A DNA stretch of 64,000 bases from Candidatus Borrarchaeum weybense (GTDB lineage: Archaea; Asgardarchaeota; Sifarchaeia; Borrarchaeales; Borrarchaeaceae), in contig JAHQJS010000006.1 in NCBI GenBank assembly GCA_019057385.1, positions 352,001 through 416,000 of the forward strand, in the 5' to 3' direction. The translations under genes were made by a program, and so were the position numbers. The notes below the pieces were generated by a model that saw only the letters and a program-made list of their open reading frames with translations, did not search any database and was not told the origin of the DNA. Shown here in pieces: positions 1-9,963 of this stretch (position 1 is the stretch's first letter; each line of letters starts with the position of its first letter).

Positions 1-2
1 CG

Positions 3-317
3 CTTCATGTTCCTCTCTTGTCCTCCACATATCATATGATTGGTGAACGAGAGTTTTCATTAATGAAGGACGGCGTTTATCTAATCAATGCTTCCCGTGG
101 AGGAGTTGTCGATGAAAAAGCACTCCTAGAGGCAATTAGATCAGAAAAAGTTGCAGGTGCTGCTTTAGATGTATTTGAGAAAGAACCTCCAGGCAAATCG
201 GAACTAATAAACGAACTAAATATAATAGCCACGCCCCACATCGGTTCAACTACTAAAGAGACACAAAGAAATGCATCTGTTATCCTAGCAAAAAAAATCA
301 TTGAGTTTTTTAACTAA
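3..317 (+). CDS. D-isomer-specific 2-hydroxyacid dehydrogenase (SerA-like), C-terminal part; 5' end outside window
   Basis: Frame open from the window edge (LHVPL...), motifs INASRGGVVDE, AALDVFEKEP, TPHIG. Confidence 0.9.
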   Translation, partial: LHVPLLSSTYHMIGEREFSLMKDGVYLINASRGGVVDEKALLEAIRSEKVAGAALDVFEKEPPGKSELINELNIIATPHIGSTTKETQRNASVILAKKIIEFFN

Positions 318-476
318 TCGGTGCGATTGCAGTTAATCTGCGGAGGAGTTCACTAGAAAAAATTTAATAGATTGATAGCGGGTTTTTCGTAGTAAGGTGA
401 TCGTCATAAGAAGTGTGTTTTAAACTTCTTTTAATGCGATATGACAAAGAATGATTTAGACCGCTGAGGAGTCATT

Positions 477-920
477 TTGAGCCATACTAGTAAACGACGT
501 GCATATGATTTTATTTTTAAAATAGCAGTCGTTGGTCCTAATGACTTTCTGAAAGATCAAGTACTACACCTAGTCTCAGGGGGCAACGTAGGAATCGACG
601 GTCTACGAATACATGTAGGTGACGCTGATCACACGGACCGAATTAAACTGAGTTATTGGTTGCCGCATCAAGATGCCTACAAAGTATTGGTGTCTCTGGC
701 GCTTAAGGGTGCTCACGGCGCTCTAATTGTCTTAGGTGAAGACGATATTGAAACCTTGGCTAAATATCGTGCTGAAGTGAATAAGAAATGCGGTGAAATA
801 CCAACCACACATCTTCTCATTGGAAAAAGTATGAAACCCGAAGAGATAAATAAGATGGCCGATATTAAAATGAATGAACTAGCCGTTAAAATAAGAGACA
901 GAATCACAAAAGAAGTATAA
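477..920 (+). CDS. Degenerate Rab/Ras-like small GTPase-fold protein (paralog 1)
   Basis: YDFIFKIAVVG, IKLSYW and LKGAHGALIV follow the Rab pattern YDYLFKLLLIG...IKLQIW...YRGAHGIIVV, but G1, G3 and G4 motifs are lost. Confidence 0.65.
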   Translation: MSHTSKRRAYDFIFKIAVVGPNDFLKDQVLHLVSGGNVGIDGLRIHVGDADHTDRIKLSYWLPHQDAYKVLVSLALKGAHGALIVLGEDDIETLAKYRAEVNKKCGEIPTTHLLIGKSMKPEEINKMADIKMNELAVKIRDRITKEV

Positions 921-1179
921 GTCTATCACGCTTTTCAATTTGTACCGAATGAACTGAACTGTTTTTTCGTTGACCTAAGGTTTTCTTTTGATTCAATGTC
1001 GGCTATGATCTGACTATTCTCATTTTGAATCAATTACTGAGAAATAACTTTTTATTTGGACGAAATCCGCTCGATTTTTCTTCCTATACAATGTTTATTA
1101 ATGTCAAGTACTAATATATAGGTATATAAATCATCTTTAAGTAAGACCAATTCTTATTGCTATAGAATGGCGAACTATC

Positions 1180-1626
1180 TTGAGCGTGCAACTAAAGCAG
1201 CGTGATTATAGATTTATTTTCAAAATAGCAGTTACCGGACCCGATGATTACCTAAACGACAAAATTTTGCGTCTAATATCCTATGACAACATTATGGTCG
1301 ACGGAATAGGCGTACATGTTGGACGTGTTGCTTCTGAACAAGTTAAGGTCTCTTATTGGCATCCTCACAAGAGTGCCTTTCAGATACTAGTTCAAAAAAG
1401 TTATCAAGGAGCGAAAGGGGCTCTGATCGTTGCGTCAAAGTCTAAAGAAGATAAAGAAGCAGCGATGCGGTATCGCACGGAGATAAAGAAAAAATGCGGT
1501 AATATACCCACATCACTTCTTATTATTGACAGGAATAAGGCGTCAACAGCAATAAGTAATATGGCCCACCTTATGGTGCGTGAACTAGTCGCTAGGATCA
1601 GAAAGAGGACTTTATACAAAGTGTAA
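1180..1626 (+). CDS. Degenerate Rab/Ras-like small GTPase-fold protein (paralog 2)
   Basis: Clear paralog of 477..920 (FIFKIAVTGPDDYL, VKVSYW, SYQGAKGALIV, KKCGNIPT). Confidence 0.65.
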   Translation: MSVQLKQRDYRFIFKIAVTGPDDYLNDKILRLISYDNIMVDGIGVHVGRVASEQVKVSYWHPHKSAFQILVQKSYQGAKGALIVASKSKEDKEAAMRYRTEIKKKCGNIPTSLLIIDRNKASTAISNMAHLMVRELVARIRKRTLYKV

Positions 1627-1761
1627 GATTGACACGCTATTTACTTTAACTTTTTTAGAATGAAAAAAGTTAAAAACAATCCTTCTTTTCCACTATTTGT
1701 TTTCTCTCCCTGGATGTAGCGTTATATACGCTGAACGTGAAAGATTTGGGAGGTAGTTTTA

Positions 1762-2346
1762 ATGGGTTTATATTCTTATGTTGAGAAAATGTGGAAAGAC
1801 AAAGACTCGAAAGTTATGAAAAGACTTTCACGGCAAAGGCGCATAAAATGGAGGCGTCAACCCGCAACAGTTCGCATAGACCGACCAACACGTATTGATC
1901 GTGCGAGGAAATTAGGATATAAAGCAAAACAAGGTTTCGTTTTAGCTAGAGTTCGAGTTCGACGTGGGTCACGACAAAAACCTCGCCCAACACGTGGCAG
2001 GCGATCAAAGCGCATGGGTGTTACAAAAATTACATTAGGGAAGTCTAGACAGGTTATGGCCGAAGAAAACGCTGAAAGAAGATTTCCCAATTTACGTGTG
2101 CTTAATAGTTATTGGGTGGAAGCAGATGGTATGTATAAGTGGTTTGAAATAATTCTAGTTGATCCAAACCATCCAGTGATTCAGTCTGATCCTAGAATAA
2201 ATTGGATTTGTGATCCAACTCATAAAGGTAGGGCTGCACGAGGACTAACAAGTGCTGGGAAAAAGTCAAGAGGTCTACGTAAGAAAGGATTAGGCACAGA
2301 GAAAATACGTCCTAGTTTGGCAAGCCACAGGCATCGAGGAAAATAA
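1762..2346 (+). CDS. rpl15e: 50S ribosomal protein L15e
   Basis: [40 protein letters not shown]; SD GGAGGT upstream. Confidence 0.98.
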   Translation: MGLYSYVEKMWKDKDSKVMKRLSRQRRIKWRRQPATVRIDRPTRIDRARKLGYKAKQGFVLARVRVRRGSRQKPRPTRGRRSKRMGVTKITLGKSRQVMAEENAERRFPNLRVLNSYWVEADGMYKWFEIILVDPNHPVIQSDPRINWICDPTHKGRAARGLTSAGKKSRGLRKKGLGTEKIRPSLASHRHRGK

Positions 2347-2503
2347 TCTTTTTTCTTACTATACTATAAGTCCTTTCCTTCTATTTTTCTTAGAAGGCTG
2401 TAATAGATGATCTCCACAATGTAATCTGATTACATCTATTTAGTACTTCATTAGTTTCCTCAATATCCACTAATCTTTTTTAACAAATCAAGCCGATAAT
2501 AAC

Positions 2504-2998
2504 TTGAGATTTCTAACCTTTGTGATGCCAATGAGTAAGAAAAATGATTTTACCTTCCAGATTTCTTCTGTTGAGTTTACAACGCACGTTCATGCAACAG
2601 AAGATTTAGATAAAGTTACGCAAGCACTCCTCTTTTTAATACCTGATAATATTCACGATAAACTCAAATTAAAAGTAGATAAAGTTAGAGGACATTGGAA
2701 AAACCCAATATCCCTTTTAAAGACAAAATTTACCGATACCGATGATGTCATGCAAATAATCAAGCATATAACAACTGGTTTAGATGATCAAGATAAATCT
2801 GTAGTTAGGGAAGGGCTGGAAAGAAGAATCGATAAATCACATTTATATCTTCGGTTTGATAAACAATCTGCCTTCAAGGGCTACTTCAAATTAAAGGATG
2901 AAGATGATGTAATACGAATTAAAATAACGTTTACTATTTATCCTTCACCAACACGTGAAAAAGTTAAATCAATTAGCGAAAGCTTGTTAATGGAATAA
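2504..2998 (+). CDS. Predicted RNA-binding protein (DUF54/COG1325 family); true start may be ATG 2524 or 2530
   Basis: HVHATEDLDKV, GHWKNPI, LYLRFDKQ motifs; conserved position between rpl15e and rnp3. Confidence 0.88.
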   Translation: MRFLTFVMPMSKKNDFTFQISSVEFTTHVHATEDLDKVTQALLFLIPDNIHDKLKLKVDKVRGHWKNPISLLKTKFTDTDDVMQIIKHITTGLDDQDKSVVREGLERRIDKSHLYLRFDKQSAFKGYFKLKDEDDVIRIKITFTIYPSPTREKVKSISESLLME

Positions 2999-3025
2999 TT
3001 GACTGTCCTATTATGGTGACATGGG

Positions 3026-3739
3026 ATGAAGGGGAGTTACGATGTTCATGTTCATTCAACTCATTCTGGCGGTATATCTACTCTATCAGAAATGATTAAG
3101 ATGGCACATCGTTTGGGACACCAAAGCATTTGTCTATCAGATTTTGGTGCTATAGATCCCTCTCAGGTTGCATCTCTTCTCAAAGAATGTAAAGGTTTGA
3201 CTCCAACTGTATATTCACGAGCAGACATTTCTCCAAAAACACCACGTGAATTATCACACAAACTTAACTATATTAGAAGGAAGATAGATTTAATCGCCGT
3301 TGAGTGTTCTTCAGAAAATGTATGCAGATTCGCGTCGACTAATAGATTTATAGACATTTTAACTCTTGCTCCCACTGCAAAGGCGTCCGTATTCACAGAA
3401 TTGGTTGCTCGTAATTGTTCAAAAAATGGCATCGCATTAGAACTCACTTTGATCCCTTTTATAAGATATTATGGTAAGGTCCGGGCGAAACTCTTACGGA
3501 TGTGGAGAAAAATACTTGCTGTTGCACTTCGAAATAATGTTATGTTCGCAATTGGAACTGGAGCACTCAGTAAATATGAGTTAAGAGGTTCACGAGAAAT
3601 GCTACTATTAGCAAAACTTGTCGGTTTGCCTCATGACTTAGCAAAACAAAGCCTCATAGAGACTCCTTTCAAATTGATAGAACGACGTATCCTTGAGAGA
3701 CGTGGGAAGAGTCTTATGCAAGGGGTTAGAACCTTATAA
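3026..3739 (+). CDS. rnp3: Ribonuclease P protein subunit p30 (Rpp30); native C-terminus displaced by insertion
   Basis: PHP-like DVHVH start, GALSKYELRG motif, operon context. Confidence 0.88.
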   Translation: MKGSYDVHVHSTHSGGISTLSEMIKMAHRLGHQSICLSDFGAIDPSQVASLLKECKGLTPTVYSRADISPKTPRELSHKLNYIRRKIDLIAVECSSENVCRFASTNRFIDILTLAPTAKASVFTELVARNCSKNGIALELTLIPFIRYYGKVRAKLLRMWRKILAVALRNNVMFAIGTGALSKYELRGSREMLLLAKLVGLPHDLAKQSLIETPFKLIERRILERRGKSLMQGVRTL

Positions 3740-3743
3740 GTAT

Positions 3744-5270
3744 TTATAAAACTGCGGAATACTTGATATAATTCCACGTTTTATGATAATCATCAATCTT
3801 TCCGTGAGATGAAAGACCAGCCTTAAGGTTATCGGGCTGTGCGCTCGTCACCGAGTTCAAGACATGCTTCATTAATACTGTTTTTGTAAGTATTTCGGCA
3901 GTCTTGAAGGAAGTTATCCCGCTATGCTTAAAAAGGTCACGGATCATCGACCATCTACGGTAAGGACTGCTCTTTTTCACACGGGGCTCGATGAACTCCC
4001 CGACGTGTGAGAGCACCCAATCGTAGACGGCTGGAATTGCTTCCCTGAAACCCAAACCTCTTCGAGCTATTACATAACTTGCTAAGTGATGTACCGTCAA
4101 ATTATGTAATCCTGAATACTTATATTCCCCAATGAGCGAGGTATATCCGGGAAATACTTTTCTGAAGGACACACCGCGCTTTTGGCATTTTCTCTCTAAT
4201 AGTTGCAAGGCAGTAGTCTTCAAATTGCTTAATTTTCGGTTGCGTTTTGTATTATAGGAAAATTCTTGGTCGAAATGTAAATTCTCGACCACAATGCCCT
4301 TGCCTTTGTTGATGCAGTAATTGACGACTTTATCCATTTTATAGGAGATATAATCATTACGTTTATCTGTTCTATAACTATGCAGGTTGTCAAACGAGAT
4401 GCTATGATACGAGAGCAGAGTGCCGTGCTGGTCTACATTGGTTAACGCCACAAAATTATAGTTGAAATCTAAGCCGATGGCACCATGTTCGTAGCCGTAA
4501 CGTGGTGCGGGTTCGGGCAGTTCATAGGACACATGGACGAAGTAGCGCAGTTTCCTTTTGAAGAGCTTCCTTTTTACGGTTACCGTGTATTTATCAGCAT
4601 TAAGAATCTGCTGAAACCACACTTCCTGCACAAGGTTTACGGACATGGGAATGATCAGCCACGTGCGTCCTTTCTGCTTGGAAAAGGTTCGTATCGTGAC
4701 CGTTTTATCAGGCAATACCTTGATGTTCAGGTTTTTCAATCCTTTTTGTTTCTTTCCTACACAACTGAAGGAAGAATCCCGTCGTATCCTGAACTCTTCT
4801 CTAGTTATGTTGCCGCGTATTCTCTGCCTAAATAAGTTCTTAGTGCCGAATACTACAGATTCGAGATGTAAATTGGGTAGTTTCGTCATTATCGAGGATC
4901 TGCGGGCGTATAAGCCCTTCAACCGGCGATCATGTGTGTCTTGCTCCTTTATGGTGTTGATTTTTTTGATAATGACTGTTATCTGCTGTGTCATGTATTT
5001 CCGTCGTTTTTCCAGCCATGTTTTCTGTGCTTCCAGTTTCGCCTTGTTATCAATCAAGATGGTATTAACATATGGGTTATTGTGACACAGGCTCATCAAA
5101 CACTGTTGGATGGTTTTCCCCTCACCGAAGCGTGTTGCCATGTAGTCCTCGCCATGAAACAACAGGTTATAGCCGATGCGTTTCACCCGGTTATAGATGG
5201 TGAAGAGCTCATGGAGTTTGCGTTCTTGTGCCTCATCGGGATAAATCCTGAATTTGACGGTCTGAATCAT
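3744..5270 (-). CDS. tnpB: IS200/IS605/IS607-associated TnpB-like RuvC protein (long type lacking zinc finger)
   Basis: TVKFRIYP N-terminus, RuvC-I AIGLDFN, RuvC-II IVVENL, YTS, C-terminal HLASYVIARRGLG. Confidence 0.85.
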   Translation of the reverse strand: MIQTVKFRIYPDEAQERKLHELFTIYNRVKRIGYNLLFHGEDYMATRFGEGKTIQQCLMSLCHNNPYVNTILIDNKAKLEAQKTWLEKRRKYMTQQITVIIKKINTIKEQDTHDRRLKGLYARRSSIMTKLPNLHLESVVFGTKNLFRQRIRGNITREEFRIRRDSSFSCVGKKQKGLKNLNIKVLPDKTVTIRTFSKQKGRTWLIIPMSVNLVQEVWFQQILNADKYTVTVKRKLFKRKLRYFVHVSYELPEPAPRYGYEHGAIGLDFNYNFVALTNVDQHGTLLSYHSISFDNLHSYRTDKRNDYISYKMDKVVNYCINKGKGIVVENLHFDQEFSYNTKRNRKLSNLKTTALQLLERKCQKRGVSFRKVFPGYTSLIGEYKYSGLHNLTVHHLASYVIARRGLGFREAIPAVYDWVLSHVGEFIEPRVKKSSPYRRWSMIRDLFKHSGITSFKTAEILTKTVLMKHVLNSVTSAQPDNLKAGLSSHGKIDDYHKTWNYIKYSAVL

Positions 5271-5546
5271 GGTGATCGCCTTCTCCTTTATACCTTAGAT
5301 TACTGTTAGTTAATAAAGCCCACACTTTTAGGATTACATCGCACCGAATCGCACACTGAGATCACAACTTGTAATAATAGCTTGAAATTAATTAGTAATA
5401 AAATTACAGTAAAGAATTACTCAGCATAGTAATTTGAAAATAATCCGGTAGCAAATTTTAAAATTATCAAATTCATTTTTTGGAGTGTAGGATACAAGGA
5501 AAAAATGTAAATAATCCAAAAACCATGTTTATGTGGAGAGATATGG

Positions 5547-6443
5547 TTGGATATTTCATCGTTCGTTTCAACAATAGTTAATTGGGCAGTTGCATATTAT
5601 ATCGCAATTTTAGTGATAGCTAATATCCTTTTGGTAATCGCTACTTGGATCGCTATAATTCAGACCTACCGTTCTCGGCCTATAAAATTAGAAGTCAGAA
5701 AAAAGCATTCTGATGATTTAAAAGAAATTATACATGAATGGAAGTCTCAGATACCTTCACCCGAGAGGGCAATGAATGTGGTTGTCACTGAACCACTGGT
5801 TATTGAAATCTCTGCAGAAAAGGAATATCTTTTTTCCGATCTAAGAAATCATATGCCTAGTGAATTAAAATTATTTGATGTTTGGGATACATACAAGGAA
5901 GCGCTCCATCAATACAACAATCGGCGTTATACTCTTTTCCAAAATATAAAAAATGAAGCCTTAAATCGTACAGGATTACTTATCAGAGAAGGATCTGAAT
6001 CCGGAGTCCTCCGTATAGATTTTTGTAAACAAATTTACGCCAATGTATTTTATACCGCTGAAGGAAGAAAAAAAGACTATACAGACTCTGATTATAGATC
6101 TAACCCTATTAATAACAATGAAATCATGCTTGCATGTGATAATCAAAGCATAGCGCATATAAATAGCGAATTACTAGATGAAATAAAACGTGTTCATCAG
6201 AACTGGATGGATGAACTTAACCGCGAATCAGAATTTGTTAAAGAAGCAAGAAATTTAAGTTCTTTAAAGAATCAATTGGAAACTTCTAAAATGCAATTAG
6301 AGCGAGAATTAAAGGAATATAAACGGATTCCAATACTCCCTAAAGATTGTAAATATATTGGATGGGCTCTTTCTGGTGTTTTGGACTCGATAAAGGGAAA
6401 GATAAAACAGTTATTGAAAACAATTAGTGAACTGCTAAAGTAG
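5547..6443 (+). CDS. Hypothetical protein with N-terminal transmembrane helix (island cargo)
   Basis: 298-aa ORF, hydrophobic residues ~14-38, helical C-terminal part; no recognised family. Confidence 0.7.
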   Translation: MDISSFVSTIVNWAVAYYIAILVIANILLVIATWIAIIQTYRSRPIKLEVRKKHSDDLKEIIHEWKSQIPSPERAMNVVVTEPLVIEISAEKEYLFSDLRNHMPSELKLFDVWDTYKEALHQYNNRRYTLFQNIKNEALNRTGLLIREGSESGVLRIDFCKQIYANVFYTAEGRKKDYTDSDYRSNPINNNEIMLACDNQSIAHINSELLDEIKRVHQNWMDELNRESEFVKEARNLSSLKNQLETSKMQLERELKEYKRIPILPKDCKYIGWALSGVLDSIKGKIKQLLKTISELLK

Positions 6444-6529
6444 TTTTCAGCCAAAGTCAATTTCAAAATTTTCAAATTGATATAAATGAAAATTGAAAAG
6501 CATTTTCTAGTTGAAAAAAGTCATTCGAG

Positions 6530-7141
6530 TTGATTAAGTTGTCTGAGTTTGATCAAACACTCTTTCATTTCATAGAATATCCAAACGAAGAACGATATCT
6601 CGAATTTAAAGAGTCTATACCTTGGGATAGAAAAGAAAACTCTGTCAACATAATAAAAGCTATATTAGCCCTTTCGAATTTGAAAGATGGTGGTTGGATC
6701 GTCATAGGGAAGAAGGAACTGCCTGACGGATCATATATTTTAACTGGCATGAAGCTTAGTGACTTTGAGACGTATGATTCTGATCAGATGAAAGACTTTG
6801 TTAATAATAAATATGCAGATCCCTATGTGACCTTCTCTCTCCACAAAGTAGAATATAAAGGCAACAAATTTATGCTCATCAAAGTAGAAGAATTTGAAGA
6901 GGTGCCAGTTATTTGCAAGAGAGATTATCGCGATATTTTATACAAAGGTCGGATTTATTGTAGATCAAGGACGAAACCAGAAAGTATTGCTGTTCCGGGC
7001 CAAGTTGAAATGAGGGAAATTTTAGAAATAGCAACGGATAAGAGAGCCCTACGCTTTTTACAGCGGATTGAACGCTTCGGGATGAAACTAACACCAACAG
7101 ATGAAGAATTATTTAACAAACAATTGGAGGATCTGGAGTAA
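6530..7141 (+). CDS. Schlafen/AlbA_2 domain protein
   Basis: EERYLEFK (ExxxxExK), ALSNLKDGGWIVIG, IYCRS motifs. Confidence 0.85.
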   Translation: MIKLSEFDQTLFHFIEYPNEERYLEFKESIPWDRKENSVNIIKAILALSNLKDGGWIVIGKKELPDGSYILTGMKLSDFETYDSDQMKDFVNNKYADPYVTFSLHKVEYKGNKFMLIKVEEFEEVPVICKRDYRDILYKGRIYCRSRTKPESIAVPGQVEMREILEIATDKRALRFLQRIERFGMKLTPTDEELFNKQLEDLE

Positions 7142-7839
7142 TGCGAGAACTACCTAGCAGTGAGCAAGTCCTAGAAAAAATCAAATCCCGTGGATATTGG
7201 AAAGTAATCATACGACCACTTCAATTTAAAAAAACGCGTATAAACTCCCTGAAGGAGTGCATAAAACTTGTTGAAGAGAACAGCGTTCGTTTTAGAGGAT
7301 GGGATTATCCCATGTTCTCTAGAAAACACGTAAGGATTAAGGAAGACTATGTTGAATCTATAATTGATATGGACGATCATATAGAAGTGTGGCGGATGTA
7401 TCAAAGCGGCCAGTTTGCCCATCTAGTTGGAGTTTATGAAGATTGGTGGAAATATGAAGAAGTAAAACTTAAGTATGGGGGACCAGTACTAAGTACGCTC
7501 TCAACTCTTTATACCGTTACTGTGATCTATGAATTTGCATCACGTTTAGCTCGGAAAAATTTGTTCGAGAATCGTTTTAACCTGTCAATACAATTGAATG
7601 GAATGAAAAACCGTACATTACAAACCCTTGACTTTAGAAGAATCCTTTTTCGTACGTATACATGCGATCTCAAGGAGATTACTGATGCTAGAGAACTTTC
7701 TGCAGAGGAAATTATTACTAAACCTTATGATCTTGCATTGAATCATACAATCCAGATTTTTGCGCGGTTTAACTGGATGGACCCTCCTAAAGAAATCCTT
7801 AAACAGGACCAAAAGAAATTTCTCGAAGGTAGATTGTAG
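7141..7839 (+). CDS. Hypothetical protein translationally coupled to the AlbA_2 gene
   Basis: TAATG stop/start overlap at 7139-7143; motifs GYWKVIIRP, RGWDYP, WRMYQSGQF. Confidence 0.75.
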   Translation: MRELPSSEQVLEKIKSRGYWKVIIRPLQFKKTRINSLKECIKLVEENSVRFRGWDYPMFSRKHVRIKEDYVESIIDMDDHIEVWRMYQSGQFAHLVGVYEDWWKYEEVKLKYGGPVLSTLSTLYTVTVIYEFASRLARKNLFENRFNLSIQLNGMKNRTLQTLDFRRILFRTYTCDLKEITDARELSAEEIITKPYDLALNHTIQIFARFNWMDPPKEILKQDQKKFLEGRL

Positions 7840-7891
7840 TCCGCAGCAATTACACCATGTTAGAATAATCGATGAAGAGAAGGAGTAAGCA

Positions 7892-8248
7892 ATGGTTAAA
7901 GAAGAGAAAAGCAGATACATAGCTTTTGAAGTAATTATTGAAGAAGATACTCCATTAGAGGTGATTTCTGTTTTTAATTCTATTTCACGATCGATTTTGT
8001 CACTTTACGGTGAGATTGAAGCCAGCCAAAGCGGTATTTGGCTCATTGAATTTGACGCTGAGACGTGCTATGGTATTCTAAGATGCACTTCAAAAAGTTT
8101 AGACAAGGTACAAACCGCTATGGCAATCGTTTCGAGTATTGATAATAGACCCACCATTATACGTTTGCTTAAAACTTCAGGAACAATTCGATCGCTTCGA
8201 TCAGCCCTCGAACAACCAGCATCGACCAGTGAAGATCTGCAAAGTTAA
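7892..8248 (+). CDS. rnp2: Ribonuclease P protein component 2 (Pop5/Rpp14)
   Basis: RYIAFEV, LYGE, GILRC, TSGTIRSL motifs. Confidence 0.92.
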   Translation: MVKEEKSRYIAFEVIIEEDTPLEVISVFNSISRSILSLYGEIEASQSGIWLIEFDAETCYGILRCTSKSLDKVQTAMAIVSSIDNRPTIIRLLKTSGTIRSLRSALEQPASTSEDLQS

Positions 8249-8373
8249 TTTTGGTTCTCACGATCGTGATTCAAGGTCGAAGATTTATCCATGTCAGTCA
8301 CAATAATATTAACTCAAAAATTAGGGACTGCGAAAAAATAAAGAAAAAGGATTGAAAAGGTAGAAATTGTTTC

Positions 8374-9465
8374 TTAAAACATTTTTAGAGTTCGTTGAAT
8401 TGCGTTTAGTGTTGCTGAGACATCGTTTGCATTAATAGCGCCCATATGGCCAATTCGAAAGATTTTACCTTTCAGTTTGCCCAAACCGCCTGCCACGATA
8501 ACGCCTTCTTGTGATAATTGTCCTCTAAAGTCCGCATCTGCAATGCCATTATGATAGACTGCGCTCATTGTATTTGCAGCCCATCCATCCTCAGGAACGA
8601 GTTTAAAGTCCATCTCTGTAAGACCTTTGCGCATCATTTCTGCTAATTTTTCGTGCCGCGCAAACCGTGCCTCCATTCCTTCGCTAACTATTTGATTTAC
8701 ACTTTCATGGAGTGCATAGATTAAATTTACTGCAGGTGTACCGAAATAACTTGGATCACCGCGCTCATATGCTTGCATGATGGGCAACCAGTTGTCAATG
8801 GAAGTATAGAAACACTCAACGGGATGTTTAAGTTTAGCGTGTGCGTCTAAGGCCTTCTGGTTGAAATTCAGTATTGCAAGCCCTGGAGGAACACCCAATG
8901 CCTTCTGTGAACCTGTGAAGCATATATCTACATGATATTTGTCATGATACAATCGTTGTCCTGCAAGAGAACATACTGCGTCTACAATAAATATCGTATC
9001 AAAATCTTTGACAACATTACCAATGGCTTCGATGTCGTTCGCAATACCAGTCGATGTATCAACATGTGTCACTGTAAGGACTTTGTAGTCGTCACTTTCA
9101 AGTTTTTCACGCACCTCTGTAGGATCTGCTGCCTTTCCCCATTCTACTTGAATTTCGTCAACAGCGATTCCGTGTGCTTTGAAAATATCACTGTATCGCG
9201 CGCCGAACACCCCATTATTTACTACTAATGCTTTTTCTCCTCTTTGAATCACATTGGTTGCTGCCATCTCCATAGCTAGCGTCCCAGATCCCGCAATAAC
9301 AAAGGGTTGTCCTTCAGAAATGAAGACCTGTCTTAGTTTTCTTAAAGTATCTCCAAAGATAGAGATAAATTCTGGTGCTACGTGACTCACAGTTACTTTA
9401 CTTAGAGCCCGTATCACTTCTGGATCAAAATTAATCGGTCCAGGGATCATTAAAAGTTTTGCCAA
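8374..9465 (-). CDS. Alanine-glyoxylate / serine-pyruvate aminotransferase (class V PLP)
   Basis: LMIPGP, GSGTLAME, HVDTSTG, DAVCS, GSQKALGVPPG, FRIGHMG. Confidence 0.93.
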   Translation of the reverse strand: MAKLLMIPGPINFDPEVIRALSKVTVSHVAPEFISIFGDTLRKLRQVFISEGQPFVIAGSGTLAMEMAATNVIQRGEKALVVNNGVFGARYSDIFKAHGIAVDEIQVEWGKAADPTEVREKLESDDYKVLTVTHVDTSTGIANDIEAIGNVVKDFDTIFIVDAVCSLAGQRLYHDKYHVDICFTGSQKALGVPPGLAILNFNQKALDAHAKLKHPVECFYTSIDNWLPIMQAYERGDPSYFGTPAVNLIYALHESVNQIVSEGMEARFARHEKLAEMMRKGLTEMDFKLVPEDGWAANTMSAVYHNGIADADFRGQLSQEGVIVAGGLGKLKGKIFRIGHMGAINANDVSATLNAIQRTLKMF

Positions 9466-9963
9466 TTTTGTTCACCTCTAATGTTCTTTTGATAGGGAAA
9501 GTCAGCTAGATTAAGCTGAGCTTTTGTCGTTACTGCTGATACAATGGTCTCAGGTATGTTGTCTAGCAAAAGTAGTGAAACAAGGTTCCAAAGTTTATGG
9601 CGTACACTTGCTTTACTCATTTCCTTGAGGTTGTTTTCATATTTCGCCGATACTCGGCTAATCGTTTTGGTATTCAAAAAACTCTCTAAACCTACGGGAC
9701 AAGTTTCTCCCGTTCTGAACATCCGTGGGACAAACTTTGTCCCTAAACTCCTTGGTACAGCATCCCAACCTCACCTAAAACCAATTGAAATTTATATTGT
9801 GTGCTTTATACTTATATTGTATATAAAGATTTTCCCTCAAACGCAGTTTTCTCAAATTCAAGAAGATTTCAATACCTTAGTATATCTTTGCTTTGTTAGC
9901 GCACGTTTATCATTTGAAAAAACAGTTTTTTCGCGACAAAAAATAAAAAGGAGATTAGAAGGC

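Larger units (their letters stand above)
3725..7865. mobile_element. 4.13-kb inserted island flanked by 7-bp direct repeat GTTAGAA (3725-3731 and 7859-7865)
   Basis: Removing one repeat plus the interval restores rnp3 ...MQGVRIIDEEKE* ending 3 bp before the rnp2 ATG. Confidence 0.8.

Noticed and set aside
2400-2443. Hairpin with ATGA...CTGA between rpl15e and the DUF54 gene as a C/D RNA
   Set aside because: Incomplete C box and no second box pair; too weak to call.
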